The notes under the pieces: model-generated
Database searches by the model: none
What the model was told of the DNA's origin: nothing
Seen by the model: the letters and a program-made list of their open reading frames with translations, nothing else
Made by a program: the position numbers and the translations under genes
Part shown: one piece after another, positions 1-9,866 of the stretch
How positions within the stretch are numbered: position 1 is the stretch's first letter
Layout of the letters: each line of letters opens with the position of its first letter
Source: an uncultured bacterium
GTDB taxonomy: Bacteria; JAGOEH01
Assembly: GCA_964632485.1 (NCBI GenBank)
Contig: CAZWDO010000015.1
Coordinates: 62,001 to 105,707, forward strand
DNA: 43,707 nt
Direction: 5' to 3'

Positions 1-1475
1 ATACGAATACTGCCTCCGGCAATCTCATTGCCGTTTAGTACTAAATCGTAGGCTTTGGCTTTAATCTGATCGGGCGAAACCGAACGCAATTCTTCAAGTG
101 AAACCGTAGGACTGGTAAATGGATGATGGCATGCGATCCAACGTTTATCTTCCGGCGAGTATTCCAAAAGTGGGAAATCGACAACCCATGCAATGGCATA
201 ATCAGTCAATGGCTGAATTTTTAATTGATCGGCCAGTTTAAGTCTCAATGCCCCGAGTCCTTTAAGCGCAGTTTCCTTCTTGTCGGCAAGTAATAAGATT
301 GTATCGCCGACTTTAGCATCCGCGCGTTCCTGAATACGCTGAAACAGATCGTCATTCAGGAATTTTTTGATTGGCGATTCAAAACCCTGCTCCATAATTT
401 TTATGGGAATCAATCCTCTAGCTCCAAAATCTTTTAAAAAATCAACCAACCCATCCATATCTTTACGAGAAAAATTGGTGTATTGATCGATACGAATCCC
501 TCGAATCACACCTTTGGAAAGCAATGTGTCCTGGAATACTTTAAACTCGCTGCCTTCCAGTAAATCGGAAAAATCTACGATACGCATATCATAACGCAAA
601 TCGGGTTTATCAGACCCATAATGTTCCATTGCCTCAAAATAAGTAATTTTTTTAAAAGGAGCTGCAATATCAATAGTAAGAGTCTGCTTGAATATATCCG
701 AGACAAGTCCCTCAACAACAGAAAGAACGTCATCCCTTTCAATGAAACTCATTTCAATGTCAATTTGAGTGAATTCAGGTTGGCGGTCAGCGCGCAGGTC
801 CTCATCGCGGAAACAGCGCACGATTTGGTAGTAGCGATCGAAACCTGAAACCATCAGCATTTGCTTGAAGAGCTGCGGAGATTGGGGGAGGGCATAAAAT
901 TTTCCTTTTGATAAACGACTGGGAACTACAAAATCACGCGCACCTTCGGGGGTGCTACCAATAAGAAAGGGAGTTTCAATTTCTAAAAAACCAATTTCAT
1001 TGAGGTGGTTTCTGGTGATTTGAGCCACATTATTCCTTAGAATCAATGAATACTGCATCTCAGAACGGCGGAGATCAAGGTAACGGTATTTGAGACGTAA
1101 ATCTTCACGAACATCAATGTTGTCTTCGATGGGAAAGGGAGGGGTTTCGGCTTTGTTTAATATTTCCAACTTGAAACCGATAACCTCAATCTCACCGGTG
1201 ATCATTTTGGGATTGATCATGGATTCGGGACGCATTCGCACCCGGCCCTGAACGGCAATAACGTATTCAGAACGCAGGGAATCCGCCAAACTATGAGCCT
1301 TGGCATCCAGGCCGGGATCAAAAACAACCTGGCAGATTCCATAACGGTCCCGCAAATCAATGAAGATCACTCCGCCATGATCACGTCGTTTATTGACCCA
1401 ACCGTATAAAATTACATCATTATTATCATGAACAGGTCTCAATTCGCCACAAGTGTGAGAACGTTTTCCGAGCAT
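1..1475 (-). CDS. aspS: Aspartate--tRNA ligase, 3' end outside the window (absent from the ORF track)
   Basis: Manual translation: ATG at 1475 with GAGGAG SD at 1485-1490. Reads MLGKRSHTCGELR...GWVNKRRDHGGVIFIDLRDRYG...RYRYLDLRR...PEGARDFVVPSR...FYALPQSPQLFKQMLM...YYQIVRCFRDEDLRADRQPEFTQID...AYDLVLNGNEIAGGSIR. The frame at base 1 matches the start codon. Confidence 0.98.
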   Translation of the reverse strand, partial: MLGKRSHTCGELRPVHDNNDVILYGWVNKRRDHGGVIFIDLRDRYGICQVVFDPGLDAKAHSLADSLRSEYVIAVQGRVRMRPESMINPKMITGEIEVIGFKLEILNKAETPPFPIEDNIDVREDLRLKYRYLDLRRSEMQYSLILRNNVAQITRNHLNEIGFLEIETPFLIGSTPEGARDFVVPSRLSKGKFYALPQSPQLFKQMLMVSGFDRYYQIVRCFRDEDLRADRQPEFTQIDIEMSFIERDDVLSVVEGLVSDIFKQTLTIDIAAPFKKITYFEAMEHYGSDKPDLRYDMRIVDFSDLLEGSEFKVFQDTLLSKGVIRGIRIDQYTNFSRKDMDGLVDFLKDFGARGLIPIKIMEQGFESPIKKFLNDDLFQRIQERADAKVGDTILLLADKKETALKGLGALRLKLADQLKIQPLTDYAIAWVVDFPLLEYSPEDKRWIACHHPFTSPTVSLEELRSVSPDQIKAKAYDLVLNGNEIAGGSIR

Positions 1476-1531
1476 GGTAAAATACTCCTCAGTTAAAATT
1501 TTATCAACCCGTTTGAAATTAGACAAATTCT

Positions 1532-1560
1532 AATTTATAATTTTTCTGATAAAATGTCAA
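1532..1560 (-). promoter_or_regulatory. Putative sigma70 promoter of aspS
   Basis: TTGACA-17 nt-TAAATT on the minus strand, ending about 57 nt upstream of the aspS ATG. Confidence 0.6.
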
Positions 1561-1763
1561 TAGAAATATTTGATTAGAAGTGGAAAGAATAGAGTGACGC
1601 TCAGGCAAGGGGAAGCGGAGGAAACCAAGACAGATAGAACCAGGGTTTATTTTGGTTTGCATAAGATATATTATGTAAACTAAGAATATCGATTGCCCTT
1701 CTCTCTCTTCCATTGATGCGATGTGAATATTCCCGTTTTTCTCTTCTAAATTGTAAATTGTTC

Positions 1764-1792
1764 TTGACTTAAATGAGTTTTAGTATTATATT
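1764..1792 (+). promoter_or_regulatory. Putative sigma70 promoter of the miaB-cmk-plsC-ispH-rpsA operon
   Basis: TTGACT-17 nt-TATATT, followed by GAGGA and the TTG start at 1829. Confidence 0.6.
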
Positions 1793-1828
1793 CGGTCATC
1801 TTGTATGAAAGTGAGGAATTTTAACTAA

Positions 1829-3172
1829 TTGCCTGAGGAATCCAATACATTTCGCATTGAAGTCTTCGGCTGTCAGATGAATCAATATGATGCTGATCTT
1901 ATTAGCCGGATACTGATAACCCATGGTTTTCAACCAGTCGAAAAATCATCTCCTGAAACAGCTCAATTTATAATTTTGCAAACGTGTTCAGTAAGACAAC
2001 ATGCTGAAGACAGAATCCTGCGCCGGATTGAAGAATTAAGCGCTTTTAAAAAACTGAATCCCGAAATCAAGATTATTGTTAGCGGATGTTTAGCTCAGCA
2101 CAGACAGCATCAACTAATCGACGCTTATCCTTCCGTCGATTTGATTGTGGGTCCCGATCAATATCAAAGATTGCCGGAACTTCTTTCAGTTTCATCTGCC
2201 ACTCCCCTATCGCATGGAATCTTTGCCGATTGGTCGCAAGATGATGAATATGAATGGATTCAAGCCGATCAATGTAATCGGATTGGCAATGCATATATTG
2301 CTATCATGCGCGGTTGCAACAATTACTGCAGTTACTGCATTGTGCCTTATCTCAGGGGACGTGAACGCAGTCGTTCGCCACAAGCCATTATTGATGAAAT
2401 CAATGGACTGGATCCGCGATTTTTTCATGAGATTACCTTATTGGGGCAGAATGTTAATTCCTACTGTCATGAAGCATTTGATTTCACGGATTTATTGAAA
2501 CTAATTAATAAAGAAACTGACTTTAATCGGATTCGGTTCATTACATCGCATCCAAAAGATCTTTTGCCACGGCTCATTGAAGCAATGGCTTCAATTCCTT
2601 CTTTATGTGAATATTTTCATCTACCCTTACAATCAGGTTCAAACCACATCCTTGAACGTATGAATCGCGGGTATGATCGCGCTCATTTTATAAACTTGAT
2701 TACCTTATTGCGTCAAGCTGTACCCCATATCGCTTTATCCACCGATGTTATGGTTGGATTTCCGGGAGAGAGCGATCAAGATTTTTCCGCCACGCTTGAT
2801 CTATTGAATCAAGCGCAATTTGAAGATGCTTATATGTATAAATATTCGATTCGTGAAGGCACTCAGGCTGCCGCCTGGAAAGAAACTTTATCTGAAAATG
2901 AAAAGATTGCGCGTTTACAACATTTGATTCGTCACCAATTGGAGATTACCCGCGAACGGCTTAATACACGCATCGGGTCTTCTATGGAAGTACTGATCGA
3001 AGCCACCAGTAAAAAAAACTCACACCAGTGGTTGGGTCGGAGCAGAGAGAATTTGATGGTTGTGTTTCCGAAAAAACAGGAAGAGATTAATCGGATTGTG
3101 ACTCTGAATATTACTGGGGTCAAAGGGAAAACACTACAAGGAGAAGCTGGTGATGGCGATGAAAAAAATTGA
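1829..3172 (+). CDS. miaB: tRNA-2-methylthio-N6-dimethylallyladenosine synthase (radical SAM methylthiotransferase)
   Basis: N-terminal FGCQMN and TCSVRQHAE motifs, radical SAM CNNYCSYC, LLGQNVNSY, RIRFITSHP, HLPLQSGS and a C-terminal TRAM-like region. Confidence 0.93.
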   Translation: MPEESNTFRIEVFGCQMNQYDADLISRILITHGFQPVEKSSPETAQFIILQTCSVRQHAEDRILRRIEELSAFKKLNPEIKIIVSGCLAQHRQHQLIDAYPSVDLIVGPDQYQRLPELLSVSSATPLSHGIFADWSQDDEYEWIQADQCNRIGNAYIAIMRGCNNYCSYCIVPYLRGRERSRSPQAIIDEINGLDPRFFHEITLLGQNVNSYCHEAFDFTDLLKLINKETDFNRIRFITSHPKDLLPRLIEAMASIPSLCEYFHLPLQSGSNHILERMNRGYDRAHFINLITLLRQAVPHIALSTDVMVGFPGESDQDFSATLDLLNQAQFEDAYMYKYSIREGTQAAAWKETLSENEKIARLQHLIRHQLEITRERLNTRIGSSMEVLIEATSKKNSHQWLGRSRENLMVVFPKKQEEINRIVTLNITGVKGKTLQGEAGDGDEKN

Positions 3173-3872
3173 GCAGTTAGCAGGAAAACTCTTGCATTTC
3201 CCGATTCAAATCGCTTTGGACGGACCTGCGGCTTCTGGAAAAAGCACTACGGCCAGGCAAATTGCCCGAGAATTGGATTTACTATATATAGATACCGGCG
3301 CGATGTATCGGGCTTTTACGTATGCCGTTTTGCAAGAAAAAACCGACTGGCAGGATACTACAGCCATTCAAAAATTACTTAATACAACACAGATTGAATT
3401 CCGTTATCGGGATGGAAATTTACGAATTTTTCTCAATCAGTTTGATATCTCCGAACCCATTCGCTATCCTCAAGTATCGGGATTCGTCTCAGAAATAGCA
3501 GCCATCCCTGAGGTGCGATATAATATGGTTTGGCGCCAGCAGCAAATGGCGAAAACCGAAGATTCGATCCTGGATGGGCGTGATATCGGAACCGTTGTTC
3601 TCCCCCACGCCCACTTGAAAATATATATGGTATGCAGCCTGGAAGCCCGGACTGAACGACGATGGCGCGAGCTTTCGGACAAAGGGATCATGATTTCCAG
3701 CGAGGCTGTTCGCCAGGATATCGAAAAACGCGATCGTATTGACAGTCAGCGCAGCGTCGGTCCCCTGCAACAGGCCGCCGATGCCATTTTGTTAGATACT
3801 TCCGCGCTGTCAATCGGCCAACAGGTAAGTAAAGTAATCGAATTGTTAGAAAAAAGGTTGCAATTATTATGA
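3159..3872 (+). CDS. cmk: Cytidylate kinase (start could be 3150 or 3153)
   Basis: IALDGPAASGKST P-loop, YIDTGAMYRA, DGRDIGTVVLP and RDRID motifs. Confidence 0.96.
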   Translation: MKKIEQLAGKLLHFPIQIALDGPAASGKSTTARQIARELDLLYIDTGAMYRAFTYAVLQEKTDWQDTTAIQKLLNTTQIEFRYRDGNLRIFLNQFDISEPIRYPQVSGFVSEIAAIPEVRYNMVWRQQQMAKTEDSILDGRDIGTVVLPHAHLKIYMVCSLEARTERRWRELSDKGIMISSEAVRQDIEKRDRIDSQRSVGPLQQAADAILLDTSALSIGQQVSKVIELLEKRLQLL

Positions 3873-4489
3873 TGAGTCGATATCACTTCGCGCAAATTTC
3901 GATCAGTTTTATGACACGGTTATTCTGGGGACTTAAACCTGTCTATATGGCTAAAAATGAAATTGGTGAAGGCCCCTATTTTGTGATTTCCAATCATACT
4001 TCATATTTCGATCCCCCGCTGATCGGCGCTTTTTTCCCGCCAGAAATGCTTTACATTGCTAAAAAGGAACTCTTCTCAATTCCTGTGCTGGGGAAGATCA
4101 TCACAAAATATAATTCGATTCCCGTTGACCGCGAACAACTCGATTTATCTACAATAAAAACTATCCTACGCACTGTTCGTGAAAAAAAGATCAGTGTATT
4201 GATTTTTCCCGAAGGAACCCGCAAGCCGCAAGTTGAATTTGAATCGTTTAAACGGGGCGCTATTGCTTTAGCCCAAAAATTGGCGTTACCTATTGTACCC
4301 GTTTATATTTCTTATCCCCGTAATAAATGGTTGGCTTTTTTCCGTATTCAACCGATCGTTTTAAAATACGGTGTTCCTATTGACTGGATGAGTGAATTGG
4401 ACAAGAATCCGATGCCAGATCCCACAACTTATTTATTGGACAGGGTGATCGACGCTATTCGCCAATTGATGGGAGTTACCCATTCATGA
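3869..4489 (+). CDS. plsC: 1-acyl-sn-glycerol-3-phosphate acyltransferase
   Basis: NHTSYFD (HX4D) and IFPEGTR motifs; typical cmk-plsC-ispH context. Confidence 0.9.
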   Translation: MMSRYHFAQISISFMTRLFWGLKPVYMAKNEIGEGPYFVISNHTSYFDPPLIGAFFPPEMLYIAKKELFSIPVLGKIITKYNSIPVDREQLDLSTIKTILRTVREKKISVLIFPEGTRKPQVEFESFKRGAIALAQKLALPIVPVYISYPRNKWLAFFRIQPIVLKYGVPIDWMSELDKNPMPDPTTYLLDRVIDAIRQLMGVTHS

Positions 4490-5391
4490 AGATCATTTTA
4501 GCCAAAAAAGCCGGTTTTTGCTTCGGAGTCAAACGCGCCATTGATATGGTTTTGGCACTGAAGGATAAATCTTTTCCAAATGAAACGATTTTTACATTGG
4601 GTCCGATTATCCACAATCATTATGTTATTGAAGAACTGAAGCAAAAAGGGATCATTCCTTTAGATGAACATGAACTGGATCAATTGGATAAAGGCGTTGT
4701 GGTGATTCGCACTCATGGTGTTGCCAGGGAAGTTGAAAAAAAATTATTAGCAAAAGGGATTCAAATTATCGACACAACCTGCCCGTATGTTAAAAAAGTC
4801 CATGGAAGGGTAAGATTTTTAGAGTCGCGCCACTATCAAGTAGTGATTTTAGGCCAGGCAAACCATCCTGAAGTGCAAGGCATTGTCGGTCAATGTGAAG
4901 GTATCCCTTATGTTATTCAAGACATCCATGATATTTCCAAAATTGCCAACAATAATGAACGGATTGGTGTGGTTGCCCAGACGACCATGTTGTTACCGGT
5001 CTACCAGGAACTGATTGGAGCTTTGTGTTTGATTTCCAAAGAGATGCTTTCTTTTAACACCATCTGTTTTACAACCGAAGCCCGCCAAAATGAAGCGTGT
5101 GGATTAGCGCAGTATGTGAATAAAATGCTGGTTATTGGTGGGAAAAACAGTTCAAATAGTAATAAACTCTATCAGGTTTGTAAGGCGATGCTGAATTCCC
5201 GCGCGCATTTTATTGAAAATCCTTCTGAAATTGATTTAAGCTGGTTGCAAAATGAGGATATTGTCGGAATTACCGGCGGCGCTTCCACTCCTCATCAATT
5301 GATTGATCAGACCATTCTTTTTTTAAAAAATCATTTTGACGTTTCTTGTGTTACGTATAATTCAATTTTAACCTCAAACCCCCCGGAGTAA
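4486..5391 (+). CDS. ispH: 4-hydroxy-3-methylbut-2-enyl diphosphate reductase
   Basis: GFCFGVKRA, DTTCPYV and NTICFTT supply the three Fe-S cysteines; also HPEV, SSNS and GITGGASTP. Confidence 0.96.
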   Translation: MKIILAKKAGFCFGVKRAIDMVLALKDKSFPNETIFTLGPIIHNHYVIEELKQKGIIPLDEHELDQLDKGVVVIRTHGVAREVEKKLLAKGIQIIDTTCPYVKKVHGRVRFLESRHYQVVILGQANHPEVQGIVGQCEGIPYVIQDIHDISKIANNNERIGVVAQTTMLLPVYQELIGALCLISKEMLSFNTICFTTEARQNEACGLAQYVNKMLVIGGKNSSNSNKLYQVCKAMLNSRAHFIENPSEIDLSWLQNEDIVGITGGASTPHQLIDQTILFLKNHFDVSCVTYNSILTSNPPE

Positions 5392-5398
5392 AAAACGT

Positions 5399-7219
5399 AT
5401 GGAACAAACTCCACAAGCGCCGATTCAGGAAGAATCGGCAGTTTCTTTAACCCAATCCGATAGTGTCCAAAACATGGACGATGCCCAACAACCTGCGGAT
5501 CAAGAATATGTGAATGTAGGACCCGCAAGTTTCACCGCTCCTCAACCCGACAAAAATGGCGTAATCGCTATTGGTGAAGTTGATGAGACTGAAATTGCCT
5601 ATTCGCCCGAAGAATTCGCATCCCTTGAAAAATGGTATGACAATTCTTTTAAACGAAATCCTGAAAATGAGATCATTCGGGGACGTATTATTCAAATTAC
5701 CGATAATGAGATTGTCGTTGATATTGGTTTTAAATCTGAAGGTATCATTCCCAGTGATGAGTTTCCTAATCTTGAAGAATTGCATCTGGACGATGAAATT
5801 GAAGTTTTCCTTGAAAGCATGGAAAACAAAGAAGGCACGATTGTGCTCTCCAAGAAAAAAGCTGATTTTTACAAAGTCTGGGATCAAATCAAAAAAGATT
5901 ATGAAGATAACACCTTGGTTGATGGTTTTCTGGCAAAACGCATCAAAGGGGGTATGGTCGCTAAAATTTACGGAGTGGAAGCCTTCCTGCCGGGTTCGCA
6001 GATCGATATTAAGCAGGTTACTGATTTTGAACGATATGTAGGTCAGACAATTCCTGTAAAAATTATTAAAGTGAATAAAACCCGACGGAATATCGTGGTT
6101 TCGCGGCGCGCGGTTTTGGAAGAAGAACGCGAAAAGAAACGCGATGAAATCCTGCGTCACATTGAAAAAGGCATGATTGTTGAGGGAATTGTTAAAAACA
6201 TTACTGATTTTGGTGTTTTTATCGATTTAGGCGGCGTTGATGGCTTACTCCATATTACTGATATGTCCTGGGGTCGCATCAATCATCCTTCCGAAATGCT
6301 AAAAATTAGTGATCGTATCAAAATCAAGGTTATTGAATATGACAAACAAAAACAACGTATTTCTCTGGGCCTTAAACAAATGGAACCTTATCCCTGGGAA
6401 AAGGTGGAAGAGAAGTATCCGATCGGTTCAAAAATTAAAGGCAAAGTTGTCAGCCTGACCGATTACGGCGCGTTTGTGGAATTGGAAAAAGGCATTGAAG
6501 GATTGATCCATATTTCGGAAATGTCATGGACCCAACATGTAAAACATCCTTCTCAAGTATTGAAAGTTGGAGAAGATATCGAAGCGATTGTTTTGAATGT
6601 CAATCGTGGCGATGAAAAAATATCATTAGGTTTGAAACAGGTCAATCCCGATCCGTGGGAAGTTGCCGCTGAAAAATACCCCAATGGAACCCAGCTAAGG
6701 GGTTCGGTCAAGAATTTGACTAATTTTGGCGCTTTCATTGAAATTGAAGACGGTATTGAGGGTTTGGTTCATATCAGCGATATTTCCTGGACCAAGCGGA
6801 TTCGCCATCCAAATGAATTACTGAAAAAAGGCGATGAAATTGATGTGCTGGTTTTAGGATTCGATCGGGAAAACCGCCGCATTTCACTGGGGATGAAACA
6901 GATTATGGATGATCCCTGGAAAATTCATAGCCAGGAGTTTGCCCCCGGTAAAGAAACAATGGGTACAATCCGTAAAGTCTTAGAAAAAGGATTGATCATT
7001 GATCTAAATTATGATCTCGAAGGGTTTGTCCCGGTTTCGCAGGTAGGACCTTTTATCAATAAAAAACCTTCCGATTTCTTTTTCGACGGAATGGATGTTC
7101 CGATGAAAGTTATTGAGCTGGATAATGAAAACCGACGAATTGTTCTTTCGGTAAAAGAGTATTTCGATACTCGTACGGAAGATGAGCGCCAGGCGTTTCT
7201 GGATAATATTAAGAAGTAA
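5399..7219 (+). CDS. rpsA: 30S ribosomal protein S1 (six S1 domains, acidic N-terminal extension)
   Basis: VDIGFKSEGIIP, AFLPGSQID, GIVKNITDFGVFIDLGGVDGLLHITDMSW and repeated EGL(I/V)HIS domains. Confidence 0.98.
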   Translation: MEQTPQAPIQEESAVSLTQSDSVQNMDDAQQPADQEYVNVGPASFTAPQPDKNGVIAIGEVDETEIAYSPEEFASLEKWYDNSFKRNPENEIIRGRIIQITDNEIVVDIGFKSEGIIPSDEFPNLEELHLDDEIEVFLESMENKEGTIVLSKKKADFYKVWDQIKKDYEDNTLVDGFLAKRIKGGMVAKIYGVEAFLPGSQIDIKQVTDFERYVGQTIPVKIIKVNKTRRNIVVSRRAVLEEEREKKRDEILRHIEKGMIVEGIVKNITDFGVFIDLGGVDGLLHITDMSWGRINHPSEMLKISDRIKIKVIEYDKQKQRISLGLKQMEPYPWEKVEEKYPIGSKIKGKVVSLTDYGAFVELEKGIEGLIHISEMSWTQHVKHPSQVLKVGEDIEAIVLNVNRGDEKISLGLKQVNPDPWEVAAEKYPNGTQLRGSVKNLTNFGAFIEIEDGIEGLVHISDISWTKRIRHPNELLKKGDEIDVLVLGFDRENRRISLGMKQIMDDPWKIHSQEFAPGKETMGTIRKVLEKGLIIDLNYDLEGFVPVSQVGPFINKKPSDFFFDGMDVPMKVIELDNENRRIVLSVKEYFDTRTEDERQAFLDNIKK

Positions 7220-7251
7220 AAAAAAAGGCCGGTCATACCGGCCTTTTTTTT
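7218..7251. terminator. Bidirectional intrinsic terminator between convergent rpsA and the C1B peptidase
   Basis: A9-GGCCGGT-CAT-ACCGGCC-T8: a perfect 7-bp stem flanked by A and T tracts. Confidence 0.92.
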
Positions 7252-7260
7252 AGTCATTAT

Positions 7261-8535
7261 TTATTTAATAGAGCCCTTCAAACAATCCTTATGGATTAAA
7301 TATGTCAACATTTTTAAACGAATATAATCTTTATGATACATATAATAACCCTTGAACTTCCCCTTGCGAGAGCCTCGTCCCGAATCCTTGATTAAAAACC
7401 AATCCTGGTTTTCATAAGAAGTATAACCAACCACATGAATCCCATGATCATCTACTGTTGCTCCGTTGTCAATACGAAGTTCACGGGCATCCTGATCGAT
7501 TCGCTCAGCAGGTATATCAAATGACGGAATAATAGCGGCATCATATTCTCCCCGATAACCCGGCTCGGAAACATCCCCGCCGATTGCCAGACTATATCCC
7601 TGATGGATGGCTCGTTGAATAACTGAATAGAATTCATCCAACGGCAGGTTATAATAGATCTCGGATCGCCGCCAATTATCGGGCACATTAAAAATTCCAT
7701 AGCTGTAAAATGGTAAAGACGAAGTTGACTGAACAGCAATATAATCATCAAAATTTAGTTTTAATACGGTCTTAAAAAAAATTTGCGGGGTTATTTTTTT
7801 ACCTTTGTAAATAAATTCGGTGGGAGGAGTTCCCAAATGTTTGTTTAAAATTGATTTAATGTAATCAATGGCTTGATCTTCATTCCAAATTTCATAAGTT
7901 TTTAAGTATGCAAGGTAATCATTTAATTCATCGAATAGCGCTTCATGGTTATGCAAAGAATCGTCGCCAAGATATCCTTTATAATTGGAAGCCGGAACAA
8001 CTCCATATTTCTTCCATATATCGAAGAGGGCTTCCGTTTCTGATCCTTCTGCAAAATAAGAATCCCCATGACGGCGAATATACCTGCGGGCTTTTTCCAC
8101 ATACTCCCAATATACTGTGTAAAGTTCAGAAAGTTTAATTTTATCGCCATTTAATCGATTTACCTCGGATTCAAAAAAAGATGTCCCGCAATAGCACCAA
8201 CACATTCCGGAATTATACTGGGCTACCGGGGGAAGATGAAATAATGTCTTAAAATTATCCAGTGAAGGGGGTATTTTAAGACTCTCCATATCCGCTAAAA
8301 AATCCTGATTTTCTTCCGATCTGGCTTCAAATTCATCCTGCTGAACTTTTCTGAGAGAATCCAAATACCATTTTTGTTGTTGAGTTCGGTTGGCATTCAT
8401 GCAATCGATAAATTTGAGAACGCTATCCTTTGGCGATTCAGGATAATAACGACCCGGGGTTGTGAATTGCGCCCATAGGGAGGTGAACAACACCATACAA
8501 ATCAAGGCGGATTTCAACGATAATCTCTGGATCAT
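7261..8535 (-). CDS. Exported papain-like cysteine aminopeptidase (C1B / bleomycin hydrolase-like)
   Basis: Signal peptide ending TSLWA|Q; QYNSGMCW (oxyanion Gln, catalytic Cys); DDHGIHVVGY (His); WFLIKDSG; PDNW and DVSEPG segments. Confidence 0.85.
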   Translation of the reverse strand: MIQRLSLKSALICMVLFTSLWAQFTTPGRYYPESPKDSVLKFIDCMNANRTQQQKWYLDSLRKVQQDEFEARSEENQDFLADMESLKIPPSLDNFKTLFHLPPVAQYNSGMCWCYCGTSFFESEVNRLNGDKIKLSELYTVYWEYVEKARRYIRRHGDSYFAEGSETEALFDIWKKYGVVPASNYKGYLGDDSLHNHEALFDELNDYLAYLKTYEIWNEDQAIDYIKSILNKHLGTPPTEFIYKGKKITPQIFFKTVLKLNFDDYIAVQSTSSLPFYSYGIFNVPDNWRRSEIYYNLPLDEFYSVIQRAIHQGYSLAIGGDVSEPGYRGEYDAAIIPSFDIPAERIDQDARELRIDNGATVDDHGIHVVGYTSYENQDWFLIKDSGRGSRKGKFKGYYMYHKDYIRLKMLTYLIHKDCLKGSIK

Positions 8536-8555
8536 ACTTGACTCCTTGTTGAAGG

Positions 8556-9866
8556 TTAAAGAATGTAGCGGGACAAATCATCATCCGAAAGAATATGTTT
8601 CAGTTTTTTGTCAACTTCTTTATCGGTAATGCGAATTTTTTTATTGGCGATATCGGGAGCATCAAATAAATAGTCCTCCAAAAGGATACTTAGTACAGTA
8701 TGCAACCGTCTGGCGCCGATGTTTTCATTTATTTCGTTGGCTCGAAAAGCCATTTCGGCGGTTTTAATAATTGCCTGAGGCGTAAATTTTAATTCGATAT
8801 TTTCAACTTTGAACAGCGCCTGGTATTGTTTTAACAAGGCAGTTTTAGGTAGAGTCAGTATTTTTTGAAAATCCTCAATTCCCAATTCATCCATTTCTAC
8901 TCGTATCGGAAAGCGACCCTGGAATTCAGGAATCAGGTCTGAGGGCGATGCCACATGAAAAGCGCCAGCGGCGATAAAGAGGACATGATCGGTATGAACC
9001 AGGCCGTATTTCGTCATGACGGCAGTTCCCTCAATAATCGGCAACAGATCGCGTTGCACTCCCTCGCGGGATATGTCCGGCCCGTAGTTACCCTTATTAT
9101 CAACAATTTTATCGATTTCATCAATAAAAACAATACCGTTCTCCTCTACCGCATAGATTGCTTCTTTAACAATCTGATCGTGATCGATCAAATCATCTAG
9201 AAATTCACTGGCATAATAATCAAATGCCTGAGGAACTGATAAAGTCATATTTTTCTTTTGTTTAGGCAGTACTGTTTCAAAAAAATCCTGGAAATTTTTA
9301 GCTAATTCTTCAGTTCCCCGAACGGTTCCAACCACATCTAAACTCACAATCGATTGATCGCTCACATCAATTTCTGTTTCAAATGTGATATTATCCAGTT
9401 TTTTGTCTTCAAGTAACGTATAAAAATTGAGAGCCATCGGGTCCAGCATATCTTTTTTTAAATGCTCCATTATTTTTTCGATAGCTTTTTGTTCAGCAAT
9501 TTGATGATTTTTTTCGATGTGAACCAGTTTTCTTTGAGAATAGGCGACATCGGACAGATCACGAATGATCGATTCCACATCACGTCCGATGTAACCGACT
9601 TCTGTGTATTTAGACGCTTCCACTTTAATGAAGGGAGATTGGGTCAGTTCCGCTAATCGGCGGGATATTTCAGTTTTCCCGATCCCGGTAGGCCCGATCA
9701 GGATGATATTATTGGGAATTATATCTTTTTTTAATGACGGCTCAAGCTGTTCTCTTCGCCATCGGTTTCGCAAGGCAATAGCGACTGCCTTTTTAGCTTT
9801 TTCCTGGCCGATGATATAACGATCCAGATACTTGACGATTTCCGCCGGTTTCAAATTATTCTTCAT
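8556..9866 (-). CDS. hslU: ATP-dependent protease ATPase subunit HslU
   Basis: LDRYIIGQEKAKKAVAIALRNRWRR, GPTGIGKTE, GYIGRDVESI, FIDEIDKI, NIGARRL and C-terminal DLSRYIL. Confidence 0.97.
   Translation of the reverse strand: MKNNLKPAEIVKYLDRYIIGQEKAKKAVAIALRNRWRREQLEPSLKKDIIPNNIILIGPTGIGKTEISRRLAELTQSPFIKVEASKYTEVGYIGRDVESIIRDLSDVAYSQRKLVHIEKNHQIAEQKAIEKIMEHLKKDMLDPMALNFYTLLEDKKLDNITFETEIDVSDQSIVSLDVVGTVRGTEELAKNFQDFFETVLPKQKKNMTLSVPQAFDYYASEFLDDLIDHDQIVKEAIYAVEENGIVFIDEIDKIVDNKGNYGPDISREGVQRDLLPIIEGTAVMTKYGLVHTDHVLFIAAGAFHVASPSDLIPEFQGRFPIRVEMDELGIEDFQKILTLPKTALLKQYQALFKVENIELKFTPQAIIKTAEMAFRANEINENIGARRLHTVLSILLEDYLFDAPDIANKKIRITDKEVDKKLKHILSDDDLSRYIL

Noticed and set aside
1829-3172. Radical SAM enzyme as a maturase for the Cys-rich peptide
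   Set aside because: It has MiaB architecture (UPF0004 + radical SAM + TRAM), no SPASM domain, and lies over 30 kb away in a housekeeping operon.
5447-6160. Long antisense and alternate-frame ORFs (e.g. 237 aa opposite rpsA; many inside the RND genes)
   Set aside because: They lie wholly within well-supported genes and have no recognisable motifs; shadow ORFs are expected from codon bias and higher GC.
4486-7219. IspH-S1 fusion as in some Clostridia
   Set aside because: ispH ends with TAA at 5391 and rpsA starts 7 nt later in a different frame; they are separate genes.
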